This document shows positions 1-8,485 of a stretch of 64,000 nucleotides of DNA, in pieces. The stretch covers positions 96,001 to 160,000 of the forward strand of contig JBEGVH010000040.1 of NCBI GenBank assembly GCA_041178425.1. The letters run 5' to 3'. Source of the stretch: Pseudomonadota bacterium (GTDB lineage Bacteria > Bdellovibrionota > Bdellovibrionia > Bdellovibrionales > Bdellovibrionaceae). Position 1 is the first letter of the stretch; each line of letters begins with the position of its first letter. Below the pieces are notes generated by a model that saw only the letters and a program-made list of their open reading frames with translations, ran no database searches and was not told where the DNA came from. The position numbers and the translations under genes are program-made.

Positions 1-20
1 TTTCAAGAGATTTTAAATGT

Positions 21-80
21 TCGTTTAAAAAAGTTAAATAATCGTTTAAAAAATGAGTTGGTCTAAAAAATGGGTTGGTC
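21..80. repeat. Direct repeats upstream of the first operon
   Basis: TCGTTTAAAAAA at 21-32 and 42-53; tandem 17-mer TAAAAAATGRGTTGGTC at 47-63 and 64-80 (1 mismatch). Confidence 0.7.
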
Positions 81-94
81 ATTGAGGTGAAAAA

Positions 95-616
95 ATGCAG
101 TTAAGTTTCTTGCGCTATCTCCTCTTTGTGCTTTTGATCGTCCCCATCAGTTGTGCTGATGGTGTTGATTTGAAAAAACACAAACAAAGAATCTCAGAAC
201 TAGAGGATCGTGAAGATTTGCGGGCGACATTTGAATCATTGGTGGGAATTTACGACGGCCTCATTGTAAATAAGCGCCTCAACGAAGACCCTTATCCCGT
301 GATTCTTGAAGTTTTTATTGGAGAAGAGCCAGACGGACTTAACGAAAACGGGGAGCTGCGTTTAAGGCCTGAACTTCGAGCTTGGTTTATGCGCACCGAT
401 CAAGGACGCGACAACACCTCCTCCGAAAAATATATGATCGGACGCTTTTATAAAGAAACCTCTGACATTACGTTCGTTTCGCAGTCACGATCGTTTGGCG
501 GTAAAGACGCGGTGACTATTAGTGGCGCTGTTCGTGGAGACTCCATCATTGGCGAAGCCAGCAACTTTCGTGGTTTTATGGGAACCTTCACGGTGAAAAG
601 ACGGAGACTTCTATGA
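95..616 (+). CDS. Hypothetical exported protein, probable lipoprotein
   Basis: SD GAGGTG; hydrophobic N-terminus ending PISC; ATGA overlap with the next gene. Confidence 0.75.
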   Translation: MQLSFLRYLLFVLLIVPISCADGVDLKKHKQRISELEDREDLRATFESLVGIYDGLIVNKRLNEDPYPVILEVFIGEEPDGLNENGELRLRPELRAWFMRTDQGRDNTSSEKYMIGRFYKETSDITFVSQSRSFGGKDAVTISGAVRGDSIIGEASNFRGFMGTFTVKRRRLL

Positions 617-1848
617 TGAGAGCGATCGGCCAGTTGATTTTAGTGTTCAACCTAATGATGATGAGCGTGGGTTGTGGAAAAGCAGTAACGATCTCCGCAA
701 AACCGGTCCCCTCTGATCTGTCTGATTCCGGCAAACCAACAACTCCGGCACAGCCCAAACCAAAAGATCCAAAGACTCCCATTGAACACAAAGATTTAGC
801 CCCCTGGCGCTTTTTTTGTATCGATGGTCAAACCCGGTCTAATATTTTAACCTTTCGTGGAGATATCGGATTTGAAGGGCAGCCCAATCACCTGTTAGTT
901 CGTGATGAAAACAGCCTTCCCATCACCGACATTCGCCGTCTTCACGCACTTACTTTTTCTGATCTCTTTGGACGTTTTGTTTATACTGGTAAAAAACTCG
1001 AAGTTGATACCATTCGCCTCACCCCCGACAAAACATCCATTCAAATCGCCGAAATGGATTTTTTTAAGGGAGAAACCTATTTATTAGGTGACTTTCCAAT
1101 TTACGAAATTCCCAAAGCCGTTTTAAAAGAGCTTCCATGGGCTTCAAAACGCTATAATCTTTTTGGATGGAACCCTCTTTCCAAAACGCTTCTTTTACCA
1201 ACGAACCAAGGAGTGTGGACAGCGGCTTCTCTCGAAACCTTCAAAGAAAAATCATTAGCCATGTTCCCGCTCAAGGAATTTTATAGTCCGATGTATTGGC
1301 AAAAAAAATGGATTTGGTGGCATTGGTTGCCTGACAGCAAAGTCGGGCAACTGGAGGCGTGGAATATCAGTACCCAAGGAGACTATACCTTTAAAAAAGT
1401 TCTGTGGTCTAAGGGTAAGCTCTGGCATTTTGAAGCTTCTGATCAATGGATCAATGCTCTCTTTGTTACAGGGAATCAGTTTGAATGGGTGATCTTTGAT
1501 CGTGATCTCAAGGTGAGATTCCAAAAAACGCTCCCTGGGGGAGAGTGGTTTTTGGGGATTGATCGTGACTTGGGGCGACCGTGGGTTGCGTTGGGAGAAC
1601 GGGACGAACTTTCCATTTACGAGTTTAATGGTAACGACTTAAAACTTTTAAAGTTAAAGGTGCCTCTCAGAGCGTCCGAAAAAGAAACCTCACTCGGACA
1701 GCTGGCAAAATTTGGTCAGAATCTGATCATGCAATACCTCAAAGGTGAAAACAGGGTTTGGAAGAGAAAAACGGCTGAGGGATGGAGTTCCCTCGACAAC
1801 TTGGGATGTAAAGATCTTTCTTTTATAGCAAATGAGGAAGGGCAATAA
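613..1848 (+). CDS. Hypothetical lipoprotein, Pro/Lys linker then Trp-rich beta-rich domain (possible beta-propeller)
   Basis: Lipobox-like SVGC; 411 aa ORF coupled to both neighbours. Confidence 0.7.
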   Translation: MMRAIGQLILVFNLMMMSVGCGKAVTISAKPVPSDLSDSGKPTTPAQPKPKDPKTPIEHKDLAPWRFFCIDGQTRSNILTFRGDIGFEGQPNHLLVRDENSLPITDIRRLHALTFSDLFGRFVYTGKKLEVDTIRLTPDKTSIQIAEMDFFKGETYLLGDFPIYEIPKAVLKELPWASKRYNLFGWNPLSKTLLLPTNQGVWTAASLETFKEKSLAMFPLKEFYSPMYWQKKWIWWHWLPDSKVGQLEAWNISTQGDYTFKKVLWSKGKLWHFEASDQWINALFVTGNQFEWVIFDRDLKVRFQKTLPGGEWFLGIDRDLGRPWVALGERDELSIYEFNGNDLKLLKLKVPLRASEKETSLGQLAKFGQNLIMQYLKGENRVWKRKTAEGWSSLDNLGCKDLSFIANEEGQ

Positions 1849-1850
1849 AA

Positions 1851-3185
1851 ATGTCTCGTTTAAAAATAATTCTTATTTGTTCCTTTTTGCTTCCTTCGAG
1901 TGTGGGGTTTACTCAGGCTAGATCACCCCTCTTTAAGGTGTCTCCGGCGACGATTCGAAATCAATTGGTGAATAGTGGCTTAACGCTCAAAGAGACGGCC
2001 TTACGAGTCAAACAAGCAAAGTTGAGCGTTGAAGTGGCTCGAGGGAAGCTATTGCCGTCGCTCAATTTAGGGGTTATGGTAGGAAGTATGGCCAACCCCG
2101 CCTTCCTTTTGGGGTCGGTGGATTATGTGGTGCCCTTTCTTTTGCCCTCTCGTTGGTTTGATTTTTACAAGTCAAAAAATTTAGTCGATGCAGAAAAACA
2201 AGGTTTTTTGATCACCGAACTCAATCTTTATGCATCGACAGTCTCGATGGCCGCCAATTTACTCAATGACCTCAAGACTCGACAGATTCTCTACTATGAA
2301 ATGCGTGACTGGATCGAAGTTGAAAATCTCGTGCGTCAGGCCGTCGAGGATGATCGCGCTGTTCTTGCCGACTTAGATCGCGCTCGCAGTCAAACGGCAG
2401 GCGTAAGAATTCGTATTGGTCGGCTCAATGAGCTGTTGGTTCAGGAAATGGCTTCGTTAAAAAAAATACTGAACCTGCCTGTAGAAACCGAGATTCAGTT
2501 TTTACCCTTTGAGTTTGAGAGATCACAATTAGAAGATCTTGAGCTTGCTCAGGCTATTAAGAAAGTCTTTGAAATTTCGCCTGAACGAAAACAGGTTTTT
2601 TCTTTTATTCAGGCGGCCAAACAAGATCGATTTAGTAAGATCTTTGCCTTCATGTCTGGAGCCAGCGCTGGAAATGTCACGCGAGGTTTAAACCCGAATG
2701 AGGGTGCCAGCATGGCGTTTGGTGATCAGGTGGGGCGCTTTAACTTTCAATTCGGCTACGATTATTGGCCCACGATCAAAATTGCAGAAACCCAAATCAA
2801 AATGCTGCAGATTCGCGAAAATGAAATTCGAAATGAGCTTTCTCGGGTTACGACTGAGGCGCTGGCCGATAAAGAGTTCATCGAAGAGCGAATGGCACAG
2901 GCAAGCAGTGCGGCTGAACTCTTAGAGCGAGTTTTTATTGCCGATCAAAAACGCTACGGCGAGGGGTTAATTCCTCTTATTCAAGTGTTTGAGAGTCAGA
3001 GGCAATGGCGGGCGGCACTGGTTGAAAATCTCCGTGCTACCACGGATTTGATGCTGATGAGAATTAGCATGGATCGATTGATTCGGGCCGGGCAGTTTTC
3101 GTACCTTAAAGGGTGTGAAACGATGACGGCTTACGGTAAAGGCGGGTGCACCACAAAAGGGGCCACCGCGCGATTTGGCAAATAA
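1851..3185 (+). CDS. TolC-family outer membrane efflux protein
   Basis: Signal peptide; ARGKLLPSLNL motif; two long helical repeats; RYGEGLIPLIQV resembles the TolC Y..G..s..dv motif. Confidence 0.8.
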   Translation: MSRLKIILICSFLLPSSVGFTQARSPLFKVSPATIRNQLVNSGLTLKETALRVKQAKLSVEVARGKLLPSLNLGVMVGSMANPAFLLGSVDYVVPFLLPSRWFDFYKSKNLVDAEKQGFLITELNLYASTVSMAANLLNDLKTRQILYYEMRDWIEVENLVRQAVEDDRAVLADLDRARSQTAGVRIRIGRLNELLVQEMASLKKILNLPVETEIQFLPFEFERSQLEDLELAQAIKKVFEISPERKQVFSFIQAAKQDRFSKIFAFMSGASAGNVTRGLNPNEGASMAFGDQVGRFNFQFGYDYWPTIKIAETQIKMLQIRENEIRNELSRVTTEALADKEFIEERMAQASSAAELLERVFIADQKRYGEGLIPLIQVFESQRQWRAALVENLRATTDLMLMRISMDRLIRAGQFSYLKGCETMTAYGKGGCTTKGATARFGK

Positions 3186-3250
3186 TTCACTTTTTTGATC
3201 AGTCTGCTTTGACGGAAGTCTAGTTGCGAGTTCTCCCGATCGTTGGAGCT

Positions 3251-3279
3251 TTGACCCCCTCTTTTGGTCTTGTTAGGAT
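3251..3279 (+). promoter_or_regulatory. sigma70-like promoter
   Basis: TTGACC-17 bp-TAGGAT with extended TG, upstream of the ORF at 3298. Confidence 0.55.
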
Positions 3280-3297
3280 TATCGGGGGAGGGGCCGA

Positions 3298-3876
3298 ATG
3301 AATCTAAAAAGATTTTATTTATCCTGTTTCATGGTTTCGGTTGTGATGTTGTCTGAGGCACAAGCCTTGGAGGGCTTATCCATTTCGGCGAACCCCTTTT
3401 ATAAGCCTGAGTTTGCCCTTGAAAATGAGGTGACTAGCAACTCCTGCGCTCAGTTCGCTGGTGAGTGGCAAGGTAGCTGTGATGGCGCCGAGGGGAAAAA
3501 AGAGATTCAGATGAAGATCGCTCAAAAAGAATGTTTGAGTCTCAATGTCGATGGTCTCAATTTTCCAATCGATGGAATGGAAACAGGAGCCAGTCATCAA
3601 GGCTCTTCAATGAGCAATGAGAGCACAACCCTTAATTGGGATCCAGATCGAAATAAAATCGTCGGTAATTCTCAGTCTAATGGTCAACTTTTGGGTAAAC
3701 GAAAAACGTTTAAATACCAATTCAAGAGCAAATTCACGATGGAGCGAGATAAGTCTGCGTTGGTCGTAAAAACAGAGGCTTTTGTGGACACGTTTGTGAA
3801 TGATTTTAAAAGGGTTGAAAAAACTGATTCTGTTTGTCGACTCGAAAAAAAGTCTGATCAGACGAAAGTAAAATAA
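3298..3876 (+). CDS. Hypothetical secreted protein (beta-rich, Cys-containing)
   Basis: Signal peptide ending AQA; FAGEWQG lipocalin-like GxW start; SD GGAGG. Confidence 0.75.
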   Translation: MNLKRFYLSCFMVSVVMLSEAQALEGLSISANPFYKPEFALENEVTSNSCAQFAGEWQGSCDGAEGKKEIQMKIAQKECLSLNVDGLNFPIDGMETGASHQGSSMSNESTTLNWDPDRNKIVGNSQSNGQLLGKRKTFKYQFKSKFTMERDKSALVVKTEAFVDTFVNDFKRVEKTDSVCRLEKKSDQTKVK

Positions 3877-3898
3877 TGGTCCGAAGACGGAGGAACGA

Positions 3899-4843
3899 AT
3901 GAAACTAAAAATAACTGCGGTCATCGCCATTCCTTTATCACTCTTCGTGGGCTGTGCCTTGCCGTCGAGCCGTGCTCGTTTAGCCGATAAGTTGGTGCGT
4001 CCAGTTCCCTTTGAGGCGCGAGGCCTAGCTGAAGCAAGTCAATTTAGACCGAGAGTTTTAGTGATACGATCAAAGATGGATGAAGGAAAAGTTCCGACCG
4101 AGTGGGCAAATAAGGCTGAGGATGAGTTTTGGAGATCGGTCGAACGTGCCGGTTTTTCAACGCTCTTAAAGCCCAGTGACATTGGGATTAATCTCAGAGA
4201 TTTTTTTGATCGAGGAAAACTTGATGTGGCCAAAATCCAACAGACTGCACGAGATAAATCGATACCAATCGTGATGGAGTGGGAATTGGCACCCATTCAA
4301 ATTCACCAAGATGCCGACCCAGTGGGGATGGTAAGACAACGTCGTCGCCAGGTGGTGGTGCAATTTAAAGTAAAACTCGTCGACACTCGAAAGGGCGCCG
4401 AAATTGCCAAAGAAACGGGAGAAGGGCACCATGAGGATCGTGACCTTCTGTGGTTAGAAAAAACAGATAGAAAAACAACTGTGGCCGATTATGATTCGAT
4501 GACCTTGGAGTTTCTCGTTAAACAGGCGGTGGATGACTTGCTGCCTAAGTTGATGGCCCATGTTCAACGGGTGTCTTGGACGGGCCGCGTGGCCATGCTC
4601 AAGGGTGATCGTGTTTATCTTAATGTAGGGCGCCAGTCGGGTGTTCAAGTGGGAGATATCTTAAAAGTGCTCGAAGTGGGTGACGAAGTTTTCGATCCCG
4701 AAACAGGGGATTCTATTGGTAAGGTCCCCGGTCGAATGAAAGGCACTCTAGAGATCATTAGTTATTTTGGCCAAGATGGTTCTGTGGCGGTGGTTCATTC
4801 GGGGGCAGGGTTTCAAGAGAATGATGCCGTTGAGTATTATTGA
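3899..4843 (+). CDS. Lipoprotein with CsgG/FlgT-like middle region and FlgT C-terminal-like domain
   Basis: Lipobox LFVGC; C-terminal GRVAMLKGDRVYLNVGRQSGVQVGD; SD GGAGG. Confidence 0.7.
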   Translation: MKLKITAVIAIPLSLFVGCALPSSRARLADKLVRPVPFEARGLAEASQFRPRVLVIRSKMDEGKVPTEWANKAEDEFWRSVERAGFSTLLKPSDIGINLRDFFDRGKLDVAKIQQTARDKSIPIVMEWELAPIQIHQDADPVGMVRQRRRQVVVQFKVKLVDTRKGAEIAKETGEGHHEDRDLLWLEKTDRKTTVADYDSMTLEFLVKQAVDDLLPKLMAHVQRVSWTGRVAMLKGDRVYLNVGRQSGVQVGDILKVLEVGDEVFDPETGDSIGKVPGRMKGTLEIISYFGQDGSVAVVHSGAGFQENDAVEYY

Positions 4844-5555
4844 GTTTTGCTGAAGAATTCTTATTTAGTTGTGCCTGTTGATAAACGTGAACAGCAAGGG
4901 GAGGCGCTACCCAGCGCCTGACAAAGTATCGGGGGGCCATAAGGCCTATCGAGCAGCCCATGGAGGCTAGGCCCGGAGCCAGAACATTACAGGCAATATA
5001 GGCGCTCCAATAGAAGGAGGCCGTGGCAAATGGTACGAAATGCTTTTTATATTCTTTTTTGTCCCAAGTCTCATGGGTGATGGGGTCGCCATTGGGATAG
5101 TACGTGACAACATAGCCGTAGTTAAAGGCTTTAATGTCGTCGAGATGAAAAAATTCACAAAATGGTTTCGTAAGAAGTCGCTCGAGTTCCTCATAGAAAG
5201 CGCCGAGCCATTCGCAAACGGGGCGGTGATCGCCAAGATCCAATAAGCCCACTGGGCCCATTGCCAACTTCTGGGCGTAAAAATTCCATTCGGTCTCTCG
5301 TTGCGTAGCGATGTCGTGGTATCCTTTTTCTCTTAGGCTCTTCAAAGCAAAGTTCATGACTGCGGAAAACGAACTCAACCAAACCTTTTGAGCGTCTCCA
5401 TGACGAATGGCTCTTATTGCCTGCATTCCATGGGGAAAGAATTTTCTCGCTTCATGGCTTTGACTCATGATCGTTAGAGATTCCTCCGAAGAGGCTAGGG
5501 CCGTTGTTGAAAATAGCAATTGCATTGTAAGAAACAGGGCAGACAGTCGTTTCAT
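4758..5555 (-). CDS. Hypothetical secreted helical protein
   Basis: Start moved to ATG 5555 (SD AAGGAG, signal peptide MKRLSALF...ALA); 3' end overlaps the convergent gene by 86 nt. Confidence 0.7.
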   Translation of the reverse strand: MKRLSALFLTMQLLFSTTALASSEESLTIMSQSHEARKFFPHGMQAIRAIRHGDAQKVWLSSFSAVMNFALKSLREKGYHDIATQRETEWNFYAQKLAMGPVGLLDLGDHRPVCEWLGAFYEELERLLTKPFCEFFHLDDIKAFNYGYVVTYYPNGDPITHETWDKKEYKKHFVPFATASFYWSAYIACNVLAPGLASMGCSIGLMAPRYFVRRWVAPPLAVHVYQQAQLNKNSSAKLNNTQRHHSLETLPPNEPPPQNHLGQNN

Positions 5556-5751
5556 GGTCAGGCTCCTTTTTTGGCCAGAGCGAATTTGAAATAATATTGA
5601 AGAGTAATTTGTTCCGAAATTCAAAAATAAATAGAAAGTATTTAATTATGACCAGACTTAAAAAGGGAGGACCTCGCCTTAAAACGGTTAAGATAGGGGT
5701 TTTTTGATAAAAGTCCTGGATTGAAGATGGGATCTGATGCAGCATTGAATT

Positions 5752-6585
5752 ATGTCTTTATTGATTCAGTGGTTATTTTTCATTCAGGCCTGTTGGGCGG
5801 TTCAGATCGCACAACAATCTCCCGACGTTGTTGCGCAAGAAGAAAAATCGGGCGCAAAGATTTTTTCGGTCAAAGAGGGCGGACTAAAATTTCAAGAGGG
5901 TAACGTTAAATTTGACCTTTTTCCTAACAGTGAAGCGAGAGACGAAGACGGGCATATTACTCTGGCAAAAGGAAGTCTGAGAGTGCGGGGCTCTGATTTT
6001 ACGGCCCTCAAAGTGGAAACGCCGGTTGCAAGGGTCACCCTGACCGGAAGTGACTTTCTTATTGAATACATTTTCGACCGGGCGACCATGCAGGTCACTG
6101 TTCTTGAGGGTAGTGCTCTCCTTCAAGGTCATTATCGCGACGACATTTTGAACATTCAGGTGGGTGAAAAGGGCGAGTTTGTTGGTGTGCCAGAAGCCGA
6201 TGGGCCCGCCTTTGATATTCTCTTAAAAGGACGCAAGGCTATTCGTGGACATTTAAAAGGCCCCGAGACGATGACTGCAGAAGTCCTGTCGAGTCTCCGT
6301 TCCAAGTACGAAATTGCCCAGCGCAAGGCCGAGAAAAAAGTAGTACCGAGGCCCAAGCCGGGCCAAATCTGTGTGTCTCCTTTTGCCAAATACAATGAAT
6401 GCCTTTGGGTCTGTAAGAACAATCCCTCCGGTAAAAAAGAGTGTCAGGTTCAAAGTCCAAGGGTTGAGTGTATCCGTGAGAAATGTCTCGCCAACGGCCA
6501 GTGGGGTGATCGAAAAGCCCTCAAAGGAGCCGCTAAAATGTCTTGCAAAACGGCCGTTCAAAAATTGGGTCCTTGCGACTACTAG
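5752..6585 (+). CDS. FecR-domain protein with 8-Cys C-terminal domain
   Basis: LAKGSLRV...VETPVARV..GSDF...VTVLEG FecR-like motifs; eight Cys in the last ~75 aa. Confidence 0.7.
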   Translation: MSLLIQWLFFIQACWAVQIAQQSPDVVAQEEKSGAKIFSVKEGGLKFQEGNVKFDLFPNSEARDEDGHITLAKGSLRVRGSDFTALKVETPVARVTLTGSDFLIEYIFDRATMQVTVLEGSALLQGHYRDDILNIQVGEKGEFVGVPEADGPAFDILLKGRKAIRGHLKGPETMTAEVLSSLRSKYEIAQRKAEKKVVPRPKPGQICVSPFAKYNECLWVCKNNPSGKKECQVQSPRVECIREKCLANGQWGDRKALKGAAKMSCKTAVQKLGPCDY

Positions 6586-6675
6586 CGATGGAATCCTATA
6601 AAAAACCAAAGACTCGTCTAGACCTCTAACGGGGGCCAGGTTGTCATTGTTTATTCGCTCGGGCACAATGAGGGT

Positions 6676-7818
6676 GTGAGATTACTATCGTTGATACTTT
6701 CGTTCATTTTTACTTTGAATCAAACGCTAGCGGTGGCAGCTCCTCCTAAGCCACCCATCGAATTTCGTTTGGCTTTTGAAAATAAGATTCAAGAGGGTAT
6801 GGCCGTCTGGAATCGTGTATCGAGTTACGAACAGTTGATTAAAGAGCTTCCGATCATGCCGGAAGAGAAAAAACAAATGAAGAGTCTTTTGAAAGCACAG
6901 GGACTCCTAAAAATGAAGCCGGTGCCAGCGGAATTCATTCCCCAGCAAAGAAAGTTTGTTATGCATTTCTCTAAGGGCGATGAATCGATTATTCTGCTTT
7001 CAATGGCCCCGACGGTGATTGCTTTTAATGGTGAATCTATTATTGAAGTGTTTCCGAAGAGTTCGATTCTTGATATTGTAAAACCTAAAAAAAATAAATC
7101 AATTAAAAAACCGGTGAAGGGAGCGTTCCTCTGGTGGACACTTGTTGTTCCCGAAGCCCAGGCGCAACTCTATACCAACGAACAAATCATCGCGATGGAG
7201 CAGCAGAATCAACAGCTGGCTCAACAGCAAACCAGTTTAGCAAAAAACATTCTTTTGGCTGCTGGTCTCGCCTTTGGTGGCTTTCTGCTTGGTGCTTGGT
7301 TATGGGGACGCTATGCTCATCACCTCAATCCCAACTGGGGGCTCGAAGCCAAAAGCCGAGAGCGAGAAGACTGGCAACAATTCAATCGCAACAAACAGCA
7401 ATTAACCCAGCAGTACCCAGAGTTAGAGAGAGTTCTATTTCAAGACACTGCGAAGTTGAGGTTTTTTAAATGCGCTGAAACGCCAGCGGAAGGAAAGGCG
7501 AGTCGGCCTTCACCCGTTGAAAAGCTCAGTTTTATCTCTGGAGACCTAAAAGAAAAAAACTTTGATTTTATGTCTAAACCCGAAGAGTTGAACAAGTCGA
7601 TTCAAGCTAAAGATGAGTATTCGGAAAAAATAGACAAAGTTAATTTTTGTTGTATGACTCCACCCTGCGGCCAGTGGCTGGCAGAGCAACTCATTTCAAG
7701 ACCTCCTCCTAATCCAGAAGGTCCGGCCGAGTCCGTGCCGAGCTCAGAGGCATCTTCACAAAAAGAGTCTCCCCCTATAACTTTTGAATCTTCTGAATCG
7801 TCTCCAGGGAATAAATAA
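6676..7818 (+). CDS. Hypothetical exported/membrane protein
   Basis: GTG start with SD GAGG; signal peptide, Gln-rich segment, one internal TM, CC..C motif, Ser/Pro/Glu tail. Confidence 0.7.
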   Translation: MRLLSLILSFIFTLNQTLAVAAPPKPPIEFRLAFENKIQEGMAVWNRVSSYEQLIKELPIMPEEKKQMKSLLKAQGLLKMKPVPAEFIPQQRKFVMHFSKGDESIILLSMAPTVIAFNGESIIEVFPKSSILDIVKPKKNKSIKKPVKGAFLWWTLVVPEAQAQLYTNEQIIAMEQQNQQLAQQQTSLAKNILLAAGLAFGGFLLGAWLWGRYAHHLNPNWGLEAKSREREDWQQFNRNKQQLTQQYPELERVLFQDTAKLRFFKCAETPAEGKASRPSPVEKLSFISGDLKEKNFDFMSKPEELNKSIQAKDEYSEKIDKVNFCCMTPPCGQWLAEQLISRPPPNPEGPAESVPSSEASSQKESPPITFESSESSPGNK

Positions 7819-7842
7819 AGTACTCATAGGTTTGATAACGCC

Positions 7843-8346
7843 TTAGTAAATTTGAAAAGGGGCATCCCCCTGATTTTTCTTCTCCTTGATTTTTAAGGGA
7901 GCTTCGATCATGAGGTTGGGGAGAAGAAGTGTTAGTTCACTTAAAAAGGTTTCAAGAAAATCTGCCATAGGTTTTTTTGTTGAATTAAAGTCGACGAGAT
8001 GGAGTTGAGAGCAAGTTGTCATAGCCGAAATCGCGACCGCATCTACAAAAACACTGGGATCACGTTGGTCACAGATCCTAACACTGATATAATCTTCAAT
8101 CGCCCCTTTGCCGCAGCAAACGAAAAATCTTAGATTAAAAGGATTAAGATTGTGATTTAAAATAAAGGCCATTGACTCAGTTGAAACGAGGTCGCCACTG
8201 TCTTCCTCCAATGGAGGCTCTGCGGCGATTGAAAAGCCAAGAGGCAAAAGATGGTCTTTGGAATAGGTTAAAATTCGGTTCATCGAGGCATTCAAGATCA
8301 CTGCGTCCATTCTTTCATGTTCTGATGGCACAAAGGCGATAGGCAA
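7843..8346 (-). CDS. Hypothetical protein (start uncertain)
   Basis: 167 aa ORF filling the gap between neighbours; no recognised motif. Confidence 0.55.
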   Translation of the reverse strand: MPIAFVPSEHERMDAVILNASMNRILTYSKDHLLPLGFSIAAEPPLEEDSGDLVSTESMAFILNHNLNPFNLRFFVCCGKGAIEDYISVRICDQRDPSVFVDAVAISAMTTCSQLHLVDFNSTKKPMADFLETFLSELTLLLPNLMIEAPLKIKEKKNQGDAPFQIY

Positions 8347-8485
8347 GAAGAACTCTCTCTAGGAATGAAAAATCTTTTTAGAGCCCTCCTTTGGCGGCCT
8401 TTAAAACCATTATAAGAGAACTCCCTCGGGTGCCGAGGGGATTGGCATTGACTCGGCCCGCGAGGCTCTGTTAGCTCAAAATCCT

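Noticed and set aside
8423..8439. GC hairpin CCCTCGG-gtg-CCGAGGG upstream of mutL
   Set aside because: No U-tract and it lies between divergent genes, so it is not a terminator; too little evidence for another role.
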